A DNA stretch of 64,000 nt, from contig JBEVCI010000010.1 in the NCBI GenBank assembly GCA_040514375.1, positions 27,163 through 91,162 of the forward strand, read 5' to 3'. Source of the stretch: Thermoprotei archaeon (GTDB lineage Archaea; Thermoproteota; Thermoprotei_A; Sulfolobales; Desulfurococcaceae). The stretch's first letter is position 1, and the number at the start of each line of letters is the position of its first letter. The notes under the pieces are model-generated. The model made no database searches and was not told the DNA's origin. It saw nothing but the letters and a program-made list of their open reading frames with translations. Shown piece after piece: positions 19,356 to 30,192 of this stretch. The translations under genes and the position numbers were made by a program.

Positions 19356-19511
19356 CCCAGGAATGCTTCAACACAGTACTATATACTCTTCTCGATATAA
19401 ATACACACTATTTGGTAGTAGTAATGAAAAGAAATCCTCCAAAGTTTTCGTAGAAAACACTTGTTGGAACCCTGCTTGAAGTAAAGCTAAGAATATAACT
19501 AATGAAAGAGA

Positions 19512-21662
19512 CTAGATATCCACAATCTTACCCTGTTCTACTACTATTTCCCTAAACTCGCCGTCTGCATAGTATAGGAGCGTGCCTTTAGCTCTAACAA
19601 CTACTCTATTGGGTTCTACCATGTCTACTGGATATGGTGGTAATAGGTATTCTCTCAAACCTATTACAGCTTTCCCGCTTCTAACCGGTGCTAGGATCAC
19701 TATATCGGCTTCGAGCTCGGATAACTCGATAACTATTCTGTCTCCGCGTCCAAGTATACCCTTTTCCCCGCTATTGACTAGATAGTAAGCATACTCCTCA
19801 TACCCTAGATCGTGTGGAAGAATCTCTAGTGATATAGTATCTCTAATAGTTTTTCCATCTCTATGTACATTGATAACTCCTACAGCATAAGCCCACTTAA
19901 CTGGCGCAGCGATCTTCAAGAGCTTCTCCTCAGTATAGGGGTCTCTGAAGAGTATGTCTCTAGTAGGTACTCCGGGCTCATCTACTGTAACGACTTCTCC
20001 GCCGGGAAGCACTATCCTCTTTAATAGCTCCACGTTGGTCTTGCGCGGGTCTCTATCGGTTATGTATATGGGTCCACCACTCATTACCCGTGCTACTGCA
20101 TGCGCCATGGCATAGGGGTCGTAGCTCATCCACATATCGTAGTCTGGATAAGCAATGTGTGCAAAGAATAAGGAGTTGTACACGCTGAAGAGTATGTGTA
20201 GTTTTGCATCAACTCTCCAAAACGGTATATAGTCTATTGAAACCCTCATAACATTACTTAGCACGAAGTTACTATAGTTTTCTGGAGCCATAGACATGCA
20301 GTTTAGTATCTCTATACCGCTATTCTGTGCACTAGTTTGAAGTGCTAATTCAACGTTTTTAGCGATTCTCCCCACTGTTTCTTCGCCTTGATAAAGAGCA
20401 TGGATAACCCATTGATTATCCACTTTTACGAAGTTAAAGCCGCTTTCCCTAATCCATTTATAGAATCTCGTGTAGAGACCTAGTGCTTTCTCCACATCAT
20501 AATGGGGTACATAAGTCCCGAGTAAGGGGACTCTATAAGCCTCCCCACCAAGCTGTTCAACTACTCGTTTCTGAACTCCTCCCCAGTGAATATTAATAGT
20601 GTGCCACAACCCAGTCTTCTCGATACCCATGCTCTTTAGCTCACTTACTAGAGGATCTAGGCCTTTTGGAAACTTCTCACTATCTACGCCTAGTTCTTTC
20701 ATTACTCTAACTTCTAGTCCTGGAAGACTTAGTCTATCCTCGATTTGCCACCCATCATCTACTATAACCCACTTGATCGGGATACCGCGCTCTACTAATC
20801 CCCTAATAATCGCAGTAATGTTTTTGTGGCTTAAGTCAGAAGTTAGTAAGGCATTCCAGCTACACCATCCAAGTTTTCCGAGAATACCGGGTCTGGGCTT
20901 ATCTTTTCTCAGCTTAATAATACCAGTAGTAGCAGCTGCTTGTACCATTTTCTTAACTGCTTCGTAGGGATCACCCGCTACTGCTAGAGCCATTACCCGG
21001 CTCTTATCTATACGCTTAACACTCTTCCCTACGAAAACCTTGAGAGTAGGGCCTGGGCCTATGTATCCCGTAGCGTCTCCATTAGTGAAAGTTGCTATTG
21101 CTAAGTATTCTTCACCGTGATCCGTGAGGCTGAAAACCGTGTATTGTATGAGGTCTTTAAAGTCTCTACCAAAATAGTGATATGTCCAGCAGGGATATCC
21201 TCTTATAAACTCTCTATACCCGATCTCTCTAATTCTCGGTGGATAATCAACTGTATCTGGGGGTTTTGGACCCTGTGGTTCTTTATCGATTGCTACGTAG
21301 TTGTAGTATTTAAAAGCGGGTCCGTAGATCATTCCAGCGATTCCAGGATGTAGAGTAAGCCCTAAAAGCCCGTGTGCGCTCTGGTGTTGAAACTCTACTT
21401 TAACGGGTTCTAGGGGATCTAGTAGAGTAAGTGATTCAACTTCTACGCCTAGGGCATAGGATTCTTTACCAATAATTCCTACATAGAGATTGACACGAGC
21501 TTCTCCACAGTTATAGATTAGTTCTCTCTCCCAGACATCATCTAGCAACTGATAACCAGGACTACAAATAGTAGAGGATCCATCCGCGAATTTTAGCTCT
21601 ACTCTCTCTATACGGAGAAACTTCGAAAGAGACTCGTCTACACTCATGGTAGTGAATACCAC
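19512..21662 (-). CDS. GH36 alpha-galactosidase (raffinose-synthase/Sip1-like)
   Basis: GWCSWNA, VIVDDGWQ and VKVDNQ blocks are characteristic of the plant-type/Sulfolobus GalS-like GH36 clade. Confidence 0.7.
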   Translation of the reverse strand: MVFTTMSVDESLSKFLRIERVELKFADGSSTICSPGYQLLDDVWERELIYNCGEARVNLYVGIIGKESYALGVEVESLTLLDPLEPVKVEFQHQSAHGLLGLTLHPGIAGMIYGPAFKYYNYVAIDKEPQGPKPPDTVDYPPRIREIGYREFIRGYPCWTYHYFGRDFKDLIQYTVFSLTDHGEEYLAIATFTNGDATGYIGPGPTLKVFVGKSVKRIDKSRVMALAVAGDPYEAVKKMVQAAATTGIIKLRKDKPRPGILGKLGWCSWNALLTSDLSHKNITAIIRGLVERGIPIKWVIVDDGWQIEDRLSLPGLEVRVMKELGVDSEKFPKGLDPLVSELKSMGIEKTGLWHTINIHWGGVQKRVVEQLGGEAYRVPLLGTYVPHYDVEKALGLYTRFYKWIRESGFNFVKVDNQWVIHALYQGEETVGRIAKNVELALQTSAQNSGIEILNCMSMAPENYSNFVLSNVMRVSIDYIPFWRVDAKLHILFSVYNSLFFAHIAYPDYDMWMSYDPYAMAHAVARVMSGGPIYITDRDPRKTNVELLKRIVLPGGEVVTVDEPGVPTRDILFRDPYTEEKLLKIAAPVKWAYAVGVINVHRDGKTIRDTISLEILPHDLGYEEYAYYLVNSGEKGILGRGDRIVIELSELEADIVILAPVRSGKAVIGLREYLLPPYPVDMVEPNRVVVRAKGTLLYYADGEFREIVVEQGKIVDI

Positions 21663-21766
21663 CTAATACAGATACGACTATATAATACTATTCACTAGCA
21701 TACTCGATAAAAAACTCGCTTACTAGATATGTAACCATGTATTCAATACTAGGGGTACCGGGGTTT

Positions 21767-23116
21767 TCAACTCCCTCCGCCACTATGGGGTTTGATCCAC
21801 TTACCTATCCTAATCCCTGTTAATTCTCCGTTTCTAACTACGAGGTGTCCTCTGAGTATAACGTGTTTTATTCTACCACGCAGTTTCCACCCTATGAATG
21901 GGGATAGCTTGTGTTTATACTCGAGCCATTCACTCGTAACAATTGTTTCTCCACTGGGATCCACTATTACGAGGTCTCCACTAGCACCCGGTAGTAGTGA
22001 TCCCTTATATGGCCATAGCTTGAATAGTTTAGCGGGGTTTTCTGATAATAGCCTTGGTATACTAGTTAGTGGTATTAGTTCTCTCAGTGCTAGATCTAGC
22101 ATTATGGGAAGTAGTGTTTGTACACCAGCAAAACCCGATGCTGCTTCCCATATACTCTTGCTCTTCTCCTCGGGAGCGTGTGGAGCGTGATCAGAGCCTA
22201 TTGCGTCAAATAACCCCTTTCTAACAGCTTCTAATAGGTATTCACGGTGTTCTCTACTACGTATTGGTGGATTAACCTTTATCAGCGAACCATACTTAGC
22301 ATAATCGCTCTTATCGAGTACTAGGTAGTGTGGACAAGTCTCAGCAGTAATATCTACATCGGCTTCCCGAGCTCTCAGTACTGTTTCTAGAGCATCACGT
22401 GATGATATGTGAACTATGTGTGGCTTGCCGTGGGTATACTTAGCTATAACAGCTATGCGTGCAATACTGTATGCCTCAGCTAGTGGTGGTCGAGCATCAT
22501 CGTGGAGAGAGGGATCACTACCCCTTTTCCTCGCTTTCTCGGTAAAGTATTTTACTAGAGAATACTCCTCAGCATGAAACATTACACGTGTCCCGGTTTT
22601 ACCGGATTTCTCGAGTATCTCGTATAGAGCGGGATCGCCAGGTGCTGGTAAATTACCAGTAGTTGGTCCCAGGAAAACCTTGAAACCAACAGCTCCTGCT
22701 TCAAGCATATCCTCGAATTCGTGTAGATTACCATCGTGTAAGACACCTGTTAGAGCAAAATCCACGTATGCTTTTGATTCAAGTAGCTTAGCCTTAGATA
22801 ATAGCTTGGTAGAACCCTCTACTGGCGGCAATGTATTCGGATGATCTATAACGGTTGTAACACCACCTTTAATAGCTGCTCGCGAACCGTGTTCAAAATC
22901 ACCCTTATACTCTAGCCCGGGTTCGCGCATGTGAACGTGTTCATCCACTACTCCAGGTAATACGTAGTGTTTACTAGCATCAATTACTTCTTCGACACCA
23001 TTCCTAGATAGATCCCTACCGATCTCTTCTATCGTGCCATCCAAGATCTTGATGTCTAGTTTGTAGATACCAGTACTAGTTACTACGAGACCGTTTTTAA
23101 CGAGAATACTAGACAA
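21767..23116 (-). CDS. pyrC: dihydroorotase-type cyclic amidohydrolase
   Basis: DEHVHMREPG ... AAIKGGVTTVIDHPNT fits the HVHxREPG / MPNT pattern of type I dihydroorotases better than allantoinase or hydantoinase patterns. A later HAE and SDHAPH follow. Confidence 0.6.
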   Translation of the reverse strand: MSSILVKNGLVVTSTGIYKLDIKILDGTIEEIGRDLSRNGVEEVIDASKHYVLPGVVDEHVHMREPGLEYKGDFEHGSRAAIKGGVTTVIDHPNTLPPVEGSTKLLSKAKLLESKAYVDFALTGVLHDGNLHEFEDMLEAGAVGFKVFLGPTTGNLPAPGDPALYEILEKSGKTGTRVMFHAEEYSLVKYFTEKARKRGSDPSLHDDARPPLAEAYSIARIAVIAKYTHGKPHIVHISSRDALETVLRAREADVDITAETCPHYLVLDKSDYAKYGSLIKVNPPIRSREHREYLLEAVRKGLFDAIGSDHAPHAPEEKSKSIWEAASGFAGVQTLLPIMLDLALRELIPLTSIPRLLSENPAKLFKLWPYKGSLLPGASGDLVIVDPSGETIVTSEWLEYKHKLSPFIGWKLRGRIKHVILRGHLVVRNGELTGIRIGKWIKPHSGGGS

Positions 23117-23193
23117 GATATTCCCCCATCCTAGTTATACACTATTTATACTACGTGCACGGATAATAATCTATGGATTAGCTCTCCTCTACC

Positions 23194-25569
23194 ATGTGGT
23201 GGTTATTTGTGGAAGACCCATATAGGCTTGTGGAGAAATGGTTTTCCGCTAAATCCTATCTAGTTGTTGGTAAGAGCATAAAGCGTGTTGATGCACTAGA
23301 TAAGGCACTTGGTAAAGCACTCTTCACCGAGGATTACTTTATAGACTATGTACTCGGTAACGCATTGTTTATTAAGCAGGTTTTGAGTACAGAGCCTCAT
23401 GCACGGATTAAGCGTATAGATGCTTCTAGAGCTCTCTCGATAAATGGAATTGCTGGTGTATTTACGGCTAGGGATATACCGGGCGAGAACCAGGTTGGAT
23501 ATGCTATACCGGATCAGCCCTTAATAGCTGAGGGGAAAGTTAGGTATGTTGGTGAACTAGTAGCATTAGTAGCTGCTAATGACCCGGATAAAGCAATCAT
23601 GGGTGCTGAGGAAGTAGTTGTAGAGTATGAACCACTACCGTATATTCTCGATCCACTCGAAGCTATGAGGAGAACAGATGTACTAATACATGAGGAGAGA
23701 GGTTCTAATATAGCGTTTACAACAAGGGTTCGTAAGGGTAATGTTGAAGAGGGTTTTTCGAGAGCACATGCTGTTGTTGAAAACGAGTATAGGCTTCACC
23801 ACCAAGAGCACGCCTATTTAGAAACAGAGGCTGCACTAGCTATACCAGAAGCCGAGGGTAGAATCACGGTTATCGGGGCATTACAGTATCCACATCTTGG
23901 CCAGAAAATAGTTGCTCGTGTACTAGGATTACCGATGAGTAAGGTAAAGATCGTTGCACCATATATTGGTGGGGGTTTTGGCGGTAAAGACGATGAAGGA
24001 CCACTAACATGTGCTAAAGCCGCACTAGTAGCTTATCTAACTCGTAAACCAGCTCTAATAGTGTATAGTCGTGAGGATTCTATAAAGGTTCACCCCAAGC
24101 GCGAGGCAGCTATTATTCGTTATAAGAGCGGTGCAGATGCTGAGGGTAGGCTAACAGCTATCGATGTAACGATCATACACGATACGGGAGCATATGCTAA
24201 CCGCGGCCCATTTATACTGTGGAGAGCAACAATGCATGCTTCCGGCCCCTACGTAGTACCAAATGCAAAAGTTGATGGCTACGCAGTGTATACGAATAAG
24301 GTTTACCAGGGATCATTTAGAGGCTTCGGTAACTTGTCTATACAATTCGCTGTTGAGAGACAAATGGACTTACTCGCTGAGAAGCTTGGCATGGACCCTG
24401 TTGAGTTTAGGCTTAAGAATATCCTACGCGAGGGCTCATACACGCTGACTAACCAGTTACTAGACCACTCGGTAGGAGTCGGTGATGCATTAAAACTAGT
24501 TGCTGAAAAAGCTGATTGGTGGAGGAAACGGAGAGAGTATACCGAGTTTAACAAGAAGAGCCCTAGGTATAAACGGGGTATTGGTGTTGCTATTGCATGG
24601 CACGGTATTAGTACTTCTAGAGCAGTACCAGACTGGTCTAATGCTTATGTAAAAATCGAGCTTGACGGATCAGTCACCGTATACACTGGAATAGTTGAGA
24701 TTGGACAGGGCTCGCCCACTTCGTCACATGTCCAAATAGTATCAGAAGTTCTCGGAGTACCGCCCGACTGGGTTAAAGTAGTGTTTGCTACTACTGATGC
24801 ACCGGATGGTGGTGCTACACATGCTTCTCGTGGTACTGGTATTGGTGGTCTTGGAGTACTAGTTGTAGCTGCTAAGCTTAGAGAGAGATTAGCTAGACTA
24901 GCATCTGATATGTTAGGAGCCGATCCCGAGGAGATAGAGTTTAGAGATGGTAAAGTATACTGGAGGAAAGACCCGAGTAAAAGTATCTCGTGGAGAGCAC
25001 TAGTGCGTGAAGCATATGCTCGCGGTGTAGAAATGAGTGCTACTGGTTACTACTATTTACCTAAAGGAAAATTCGATGACCGAGTTGGACAGGGCTTCGC
25101 ATATCCTGCTTATAGCTTCCTAGTATTGATTACAGAAGCCGAGGTTGATACATGGACTGGTTTTGTAAGGGTTACCCGTGTTTATCCAGCACTAGCAACT
25201 GGTAAGATCATTAACCCGCAGCAGGTCGAGGGACAGATCGAGGGCGCGGTTTCACAAGCAATAGGTTATACTCTAATGGAGAAACTATACTTTGGTAGTA
25301 AGGGCGAGATCCTTAACCCCAATTTCACAGACTATGTTATACCAACAGCGCGTGATATCCCCGTGGTTGAGAAGCCGATCTATGTCGAAGACAAGTTTAG
25401 GCATGGAGCATTTGGTGCTAAAGGTGTTGGTGAAATGGCGCTAATACCCGGTCCTGCATCAATAGCTAATGCTGTATCACACGCACTTGGAGTAAATATT
25501 ACTGAGACCCCACTTACACCGTGGAAGATCCTAGAGTATCTCGGAAAACTACGTGTGGGTGGGAAATAA
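23194..25569 (+). CDS. xanthine-oxidase-family molybdopterin-binding large subunit, copy 1
   Basis: 791 aa. N-terminal VGKSIKRVDALDKALGKALFTEDY (a/b hammerhead), GGGFGGK, and C-terminal FGAKGVGE with the family catalytic Glu. Confidence 0.9.
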   Translation: MWWLFVEDPYRLVEKWFSAKSYLVVGKSIKRVDALDKALGKALFTEDYFIDYVLGNALFIKQVLSTEPHARIKRIDASRALSINGIAGVFTARDIPGENQVGYAIPDQPLIAEGKVRYVGELVALVAANDPDKAIMGAEEVVVEYEPLPYILDPLEAMRRTDVLIHEERGSNIAFTTRVRKGNVEEGFSRAHAVVENEYRLHHQEHAYLETEAALAIPEAEGRITVIGALQYPHLGQKIVARVLGLPMSKVKIVAPYIGGGFGGKDDEGPLTCAKAALVAYLTRKPALIVYSREDSIKVHPKREAAIIRYKSGADAEGRLTAIDVTIIHDTGAYANRGPFILWRATMHASGPYVVPNAKVDGYAVYTNKVYQGSFRGFGNLSIQFAVERQMDLLAEKLGMDPVEFRLKNILREGSYTLTNQLLDHSVGVGDALKLVAEKADWWRKRREYTEFNKKSPRYKRGIGVAIAWHGISTSRAVPDWSNAYVKIELDGSVTVYTGIVEIGQGSPTSSHVQIVSEVLGVPPDWVKVVFATTDAPDGGATHASRGTGIGGLGVLVVAAKLRERLARLASDMLGADPEEIEFRDGKVYWRKDPSKSISWRALVREAYARGVEMSATGYYYLPKGKFDDRVGQGFAYPAYSFLVLITEAEVDTWTGFVRVTRVYPALATGKIINPQQVEGQIEGAVSQAIGYTLMEKLYFGSKGEILNPNFTDYVIPTARDIPVVEKPIYVEDKFRHGAFGAKGVGEMALIPGPASIANAVSHALGVNITETPLTPWKILEYLGKLRVGGK

Positions 25570-26444
25570 TGTTCTATAGATTACCCGATTTCGAGTATAG
25601 GAGAGCTAGTAGTGTTGAAGAAGCTGTAAAACTTCTAAACGAGCTAGAGAACGCCAAGATACTGGCTGGCGGTACTGATCTACTGCTCGATATGAAAATT
25701 GGTAGGTATAAGCCCAAGTACGTAATCGACATCAGCGGTATTAGAGAACTAAAATACATCAGAGATACTGGTGAAGAGCTCAGAATCGGTGCTCTAACAA
25801 CTATTCAGGAAATACTCGATTCACCCATAGTACGCGAAAAAACACCACTACTCTACTTAGCAGCTCGCGAATTCGGTTACTGGCAAATACGCAACATGGG
25901 TACTATAGGTGGTAACCTCTGCAACGCTTCTCCCGCAGCAGATACAGCTCCACCATTACTAGTATACGAAGCTATTATTAGAGCACGCAGTATCGAGGGC
26001 GAGAGACTGATCCCCATAACGGAGTTTTTCCACGGACCCCGACAAATAGAGCTTAAGAACAACGAGTTGCTAGTCGAGGTTATAGTACCGTATAAGAAGC
26101 TAGAAGATTATGGATACTCCTACGCCAAGATCGGTAGGAGGAGGGGACACGATATCTCAGTAGTAGCAGTTGCTACGGCTATCAAGATCGAGGATGGTGT
26201 AGTAGCTGATGCTAGAATAGCTCTTAACTCAGTTGCACCGAAGCCTATTAGAGCACGTAGTGCAGAGAAAGTGCTGATTGATAAGAAACCCAGTGACGAG
26301 TTGTTTGAAGAAGCAGCTAATGCTGTTACGAAAGACATATCGCCTATTAGTGATGTCAGAGCTCCAGCCGAGTATAGATTGTATATGTCTAGGCTCCTCG
26401 TTAGAGAAACTCTGCGTGAAGCATTCGAGAAAGCTATGGGGTGA
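25569..26444 (+). CDS. FAD-binding medium subunit (CoxM/XdhB-like), copy 1
   Basis: The ATG overlaps the L1 stop (TAATG). ILAGGTDLL and IRNMGTIGGNLCNASPAADTAPPLLVY FAD-binding blocks are present. Confidence 0.85.
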   Translation: MFYRLPDFEYRRASSVEEAVKLLNELENAKILAGGTDLLLDMKIGRYKPKYVIDISGIRELKYIRDTGEELRIGALTTIQEILDSPIVREKTPLLYLAAREFGYWQIRNMGTIGGNLCNASPAADTAPPLLVYEAIIRARSIEGERLIPITEFFHGPRQIELKNNELLVEVIVPYKKLEDYGYSYAKIGRRRGHDISVVAVATAIKIEDGVVADARIALNSVAPKPIRARSAEKVLIDKKPSDELFEEAANAVTKDISPISDVRAPAEYRLYMSRLLVRETLREAFEKAMG

Positions 26445-26450
26445 TCACGC

Positions 26451-26912
26451 GTGATCGTCGAGTTTAAATTGAATGGTAAACCCGTAAAAGTAGATGTTGA
26501 TCCACGCGAAATACTACTAGATACACTAAGATTTAAGCTGAGAGTTAAGAGCGTTAAACGCGGATGTGAGAGAGGCGAGTGTGGTTCTTGCACCGTACTC
26601 GTTGATGGTAAACCAGTAGTTTCGTGTATGGTCTTAACAACACAGGTTATGGGTCGTGAAGTAATCACGGTTGAGGGCCTTGAGAAAGATGAGCTTTTCC
26701 AGAAACTTGTTAATAGCTTTGTCGAGAACGGTGCTATACAGTGTGGTTTCTGTACACCGGGTATGCTACTAGTAGCTTGGGCTGGTATTCGCGAGGGTAA
26801 GATGAGGGATCCAGAGAGTATTAAGGAATACTTGGGTAATCTCTGTAGATGCACTGGTTACGTCAAGATCATCGAGGCTATACACAAGGTTGCCGAGGGT
26901 GTCTATAAGTGA
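26451..26912 (+). CDS. [2Fe-2S] small subunit (CoxS/XdhC-iron-sulfur-like), copy 1
   Basis: CERGECGSCTV (plant-type cluster), then CGFCTPG and CRCTGY (second cluster). Confidence 0.9.
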   Translation: MIVEFKLNGKPVKVDVDPREILLDTLRFKLRVKSVKRGCERGECGSCTVLVDGKPVVSCMVLTTQVMGREVITVEGLEKDELFQKLVNSFVENGAIQCGFCTPGMLLVAWAGIREGKMRDPESIKEYLGNLCRCTGYVKIIEAIHKVAEGVYK

Positions 26913-29266
26913 ATACCTCCTATCGCTATATTGGTAAGAGACTACCACGTAAAGACGCTATTCCAAAAGTCACTGGTACTCTCAAGTATACTAATGACTT
27001 AGAAGTACCCGGTATGCTCATCGGCAAGATCGTTAGAAGCCCCTATGCATTCGCTGATATTAAGAGAATAGATGTTAGCGAAGCTGTTAGAATGGGTGCT
27101 GTCGTAATAACACCAGATGATGTACCACAGAAACCCTTTAATCCAAGACTCGTGAGTATTAATGAGGTTACCTATAAGGATACCTATATACTAACCTATA
27201 AGCCGCGATACCTAGGTGAACCAGTAGCCGCTGTAGCCGCTCCATCTGAAGAGCTTGCTCAGAGAGCTGCTGAAGCTGTAAAGATAGAGTTTGAGAGAAT
27301 ATACAAGCCTATACTAGACCCCTATGAGGCTATGAAACCCGATACACCACTCATACACGAGAAGATCATGAAGGGCGATGAGTGGATAGAGGTTAAAAAC
27401 AATATTGCTGCCCGCCTTGATTACGAAGAGGGAGATGTTGAGAAGGGATTTAGCGAAGCGGATGTTATTATTGAGCGCTCCTTCAAGACCGGTAAGAGGT
27501 ATCACATGCAGTTAGAACCAAAAGCTGTTCTAGTAGTTCCAGAACCCGGTGGCAAGTTAACAATATATACTACTACTCAGACAATCCACAATACCCGGAT
27601 ACTGATAAGCCAGTTATTCGATATACCCGAGAGCAGGATCAGCGTTGTACGAGTACCTATTGGTGGTTCATTTGGTTCTAGTATTCAGACAAACTACTTG
27701 GTACCAATAGCGGTTGCACTAGCTCTCAAGGCTAAGAAGCCAGTCAAGATCGCCTATACTAGAGAAGAGGATATGCTCGATCACTCTAACTTCGTATTCC
27801 ACTTCAAGATAAAAGTAGGTGCTCGAAAAGACGGGGTATTCACAGCTGCAGAGTTTACGAATATCCTTGACGTAGGTGCTCACCAAGTACAGCCTTACCC
27901 ACTACTAGGTACTAGTCTAGGCTGGTTTGTCTCGATGTATAAGTGGAGAAACCTCCGGTACCACGGTATAGCAGTCTATACCAATAAAGTACCGGGTTGT
28001 GCCCTACGCGGCTATGGTGCTCCAGAGGTACAATGGGCTGTTGAAACCGTAGTCGACGAGATAGCCGAGAAACTGGGCATAGACCCGATCGAGCTGCGGC
28101 TCAAGAACTACGTTGGTAAAGGCGATATATTCTGGGGACAGGGTCCCACGGTTAAATCCGTTATCAAATCAGATGGTGTACCAGAGCTATTGTTAAAGGG
28201 CAAGGAACTAATTGGTTGGGATAAGCGCGGTCATCCAAGCGAGAAAAAGGGTAGGTTTAGACGCGGTATCGGTGTGGGTAGGGGATTCCACACATCTGGT
28301 GCTGGCGGTCCTATTAGCGGCGAAGTCATAGACTATACTGGCTGTATACTAAAGCTAAACGAGGATGGAACACTAGACTATATAACAGCTTTACAAGACC
28401 ACGGTGGTGGTAGCTTAGACGCGCACGTCAAGATTATCGCTGAAGAGCTAGGAGTGCCACCAGATCTTATAAACATAGCTACAGCAACAACCGAGAACAC
28501 GCTATACGATGTCTGTACACATGCTTCTCGTGGAACATATGTTGGTGGAGAGTGTGCTAGAAGAGCTGCGCAGATCCTTAAGCAGAGGATATTCGAGACA
28601 GCTATACGTATTCTTGGTAAAGTCGTTAATCCCGAGGCTTTGAAAATAGGCTATGACGAAGAGCTGGGTGAAGTAGTTGTCTACGTAGAAGGCACTGATC
28701 TAAAGGTTACTCTCAGAGAACTAGCGTGGACTGCATGGCAGAGAAACTGGGGTACACTAACAGCTGTAGTATCCTATAGATCAACGTCTGCACCGCCGAG
28801 CTTTACAGTATACTTCGTCGAAGTAGAGGTTGATACATGGACTGGTAAGGTTAGACCAGTTAGAGTAGTTGCTGGTGCTGATGTTGGTACACCTATTAAC
28901 CCCGACATGGTTGAGGGCCAACTACACGGTGGTTTTGCAATGGCTTGGGGCATGGCTTTTAGCGAAGATACAAAGTATGATCCGAGAACCGGAGAGATTA
29001 TGGGTAGAATGCTCATTACAGACTACAAGATACCGACAGCGGAGGATGTACTAGAACCAGAGAATTTCAAGGTAATACTAGCAAATACCTATGAACCAAC
29101 AGGGCCCTTTGGTGCTAAGGGGTTAGGAGAAGCTGCTATGAATCCAGCTGTTGGTGCTATACTCAATGCGGTCTACAACGCTATTGGTGTTAGATTCTAC
29201 GAGTTACCGGTTACACCGGATAAGATAATTAAGGCTCTAAGAGAAAGAGGTGAAACCCCATGGTAG
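26909..29266 (+). CDS. xanthine-oxidase-family molybdopterin-binding large subunit, copy 2
   Basis: 785 aa. The GTG start overlaps the S1 stop (GTGA). IGKRLPRKDAIPKVTGTLKYTND, GGSFGS and C-terminal FGAKGLGE are present. Confidence 0.9.
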   Translation: MNTSYRYIGKRLPRKDAIPKVTGTLKYTNDLEVPGMLIGKIVRSPYAFADIKRIDVSEAVRMGAVVITPDDVPQKPFNPRLVSINEVTYKDTYILTYKPRYLGEPVAAVAAPSEELAQRAAEAVKIEFERIYKPILDPYEAMKPDTPLIHEKIMKGDEWIEVKNNIAARLDYEEGDVEKGFSEADVIIERSFKTGKRYHMQLEPKAVLVVPEPGGKLTIYTTTQTIHNTRILISQLFDIPESRISVVRVPIGGSFGSSIQTNYLVPIAVALALKAKKPVKIAYTREEDMLDHSNFVFHFKIKVGARKDGVFTAAEFTNILDVGAHQVQPYPLLGTSLGWFVSMYKWRNLRYHGIAVYTNKVPGCALRGYGAPEVQWAVETVVDEIAEKLGIDPIELRLKNYVGKGDIFWGQGPTVKSVIKSDGVPELLLKGKELIGWDKRGHPSEKKGRFRRGIGVGRGFHTSGAGGPISGEVIDYTGCILKLNEDGTLDYITALQDHGGGSLDAHVKIIAEELGVPPDLINIATATTENTLYDVCTHASRGTYVGGECARRAAQILKQRIFETAIRILGKVVNPEALKIGYDEELGEVVVYVEGTDLKVTLRELAWTAWQRNWGTLTAVVSYRSTSAPPSFTVYFVEVEVDTWTGKVRPVRVVAGADVGTPINPDMVEGQLHGGFAMAWGMAFSEDTKYDPRTGEIMGRMLITDYKIPTAEDVLEPENFKVILANTYEPTGPFGAKGLGEAAMNPAVGAILNAVYNAIGVRFYELPVTPDKIIKALRERGETPW

Positions 29267-30192
29267 GTAATGGCGAGATCCCCCCTGTAAATGTCACAGC
29301 TATGAATACTAGGATTATACCAATAGAGTTTGATTACTATGAACCAAAGACGCTGGATGAAGCACTAGAATTACTAGATAAGTTTGGAGAAAAAGCCAAG
29401 ATACTAGCAGGTGGTACAGACCTCCTCGTCAAGATCAAGGCCCGGATCATAGAACCTCGCGTTATAATTAATATCAAGAAAATACTAGGTCTAAGGTATA
29501 TTCGAGAAGAGGAAAAGGTAATCCGTATAGGTGCGCTTACACGGTTAAGGGATTTAGAGAGATCAGATATTATTAAGAAGTACTTGCCAGCACTCTACGA
29601 CGCTGTTAAGGTTATGGGTAGTATTCAGATACGTAACATGGGTACTATTGGAGGAAATCTCTGTAATGCGTCACCAGCAGCTGATACGGCTCCACCACTA
29701 CTAGTATATGATGCGAGAGCAGTAATAGCTAGTGTTGATGGTGAGAGAGTAGTTCCTCTTGAGGAGTTCTTCGTAGGGCCTGGCAAAACGGTGCTGAAGC
29801 CTAACGAGATGCTTAAGGAAATAATTGTTGAGAAACCAAGCAGGGGTTCCTCAGCGTTTAAGAAAGTTTCGAGAGTAGCTGTTGATCTCGCTATAGCTAG
29901 TTCTGCTGTATACCTTGTAGTAGAGGACGGTGTTATTAAAGAAGCTAGGATAGCGCTTGGATCTGTTGCTCCTAAGCCAGTTAGAGCACGTAAGACAGAG
30001 AATGCCGTTAAAGGACTTAGAGTAGGGTCTGAAGAACTACGGAGTGCACTCAATAAGCTCGAGGAGGAAATATCCCCTATCACAGACGTTAGATCTACTG
30101 CTGAGTATAGGAGGTATGTTGTTAAGGTGTTAACTTGGGATTCTCTTCACAAAGCATATGAGCGATTGAGTCGAGGTGGTGTATATGGTTAG
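29260..30192 (+). CDS. FAD-binding medium subunit, copy 2
   Basis: Same FAD blocks as copy 1. The start is either ATG 29260 (overlapping the L2 stop) or ATG 29302 (MNTRIIPIEFDYYEP aligns with the copy 1 N-terminus). Confidence 0.85.
   Translation: MVGNGEIPPVNVTAMNTRIIPIEFDYYEPKTLDEALELLDKFGEKAKILAGGTDLLVKIKARIIEPRVIINIKKILGLRYIREEEKVIRIGALTRLRDLERSDIIKKYLPALYDAVKVMGSIQIRNMGTIGGNLCNASPAADTAPPLLVYDARAVIASVDGERVVPLEEFFVGPGKTVLKPNEMLKEIIVEKPSRGSSAFKKVSRVAVDLAIASSAVYLVVEDGVIKEARIALGSVAPKPVRARKTENAVKGLRVGSEELRSALNKLEEEISPITDVRSTAEYRRYVVKVLTWDSLHKAYERLSRGGVYG

Noticed and set aside
21767-23116. Interpretation of the cyclic amidohydrolase as an allantoinase or hydantoinase acting with the adjacent xanthine-oxidase-family operon (a purine catabolic island)
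   Set aside because: The HVHMREPG ... HPNT pattern fits type I dihydroorotase better, and pyrB lies nearby. The divergent orientation alone is not evidence of shared function. It remains checkable by phylogeny.
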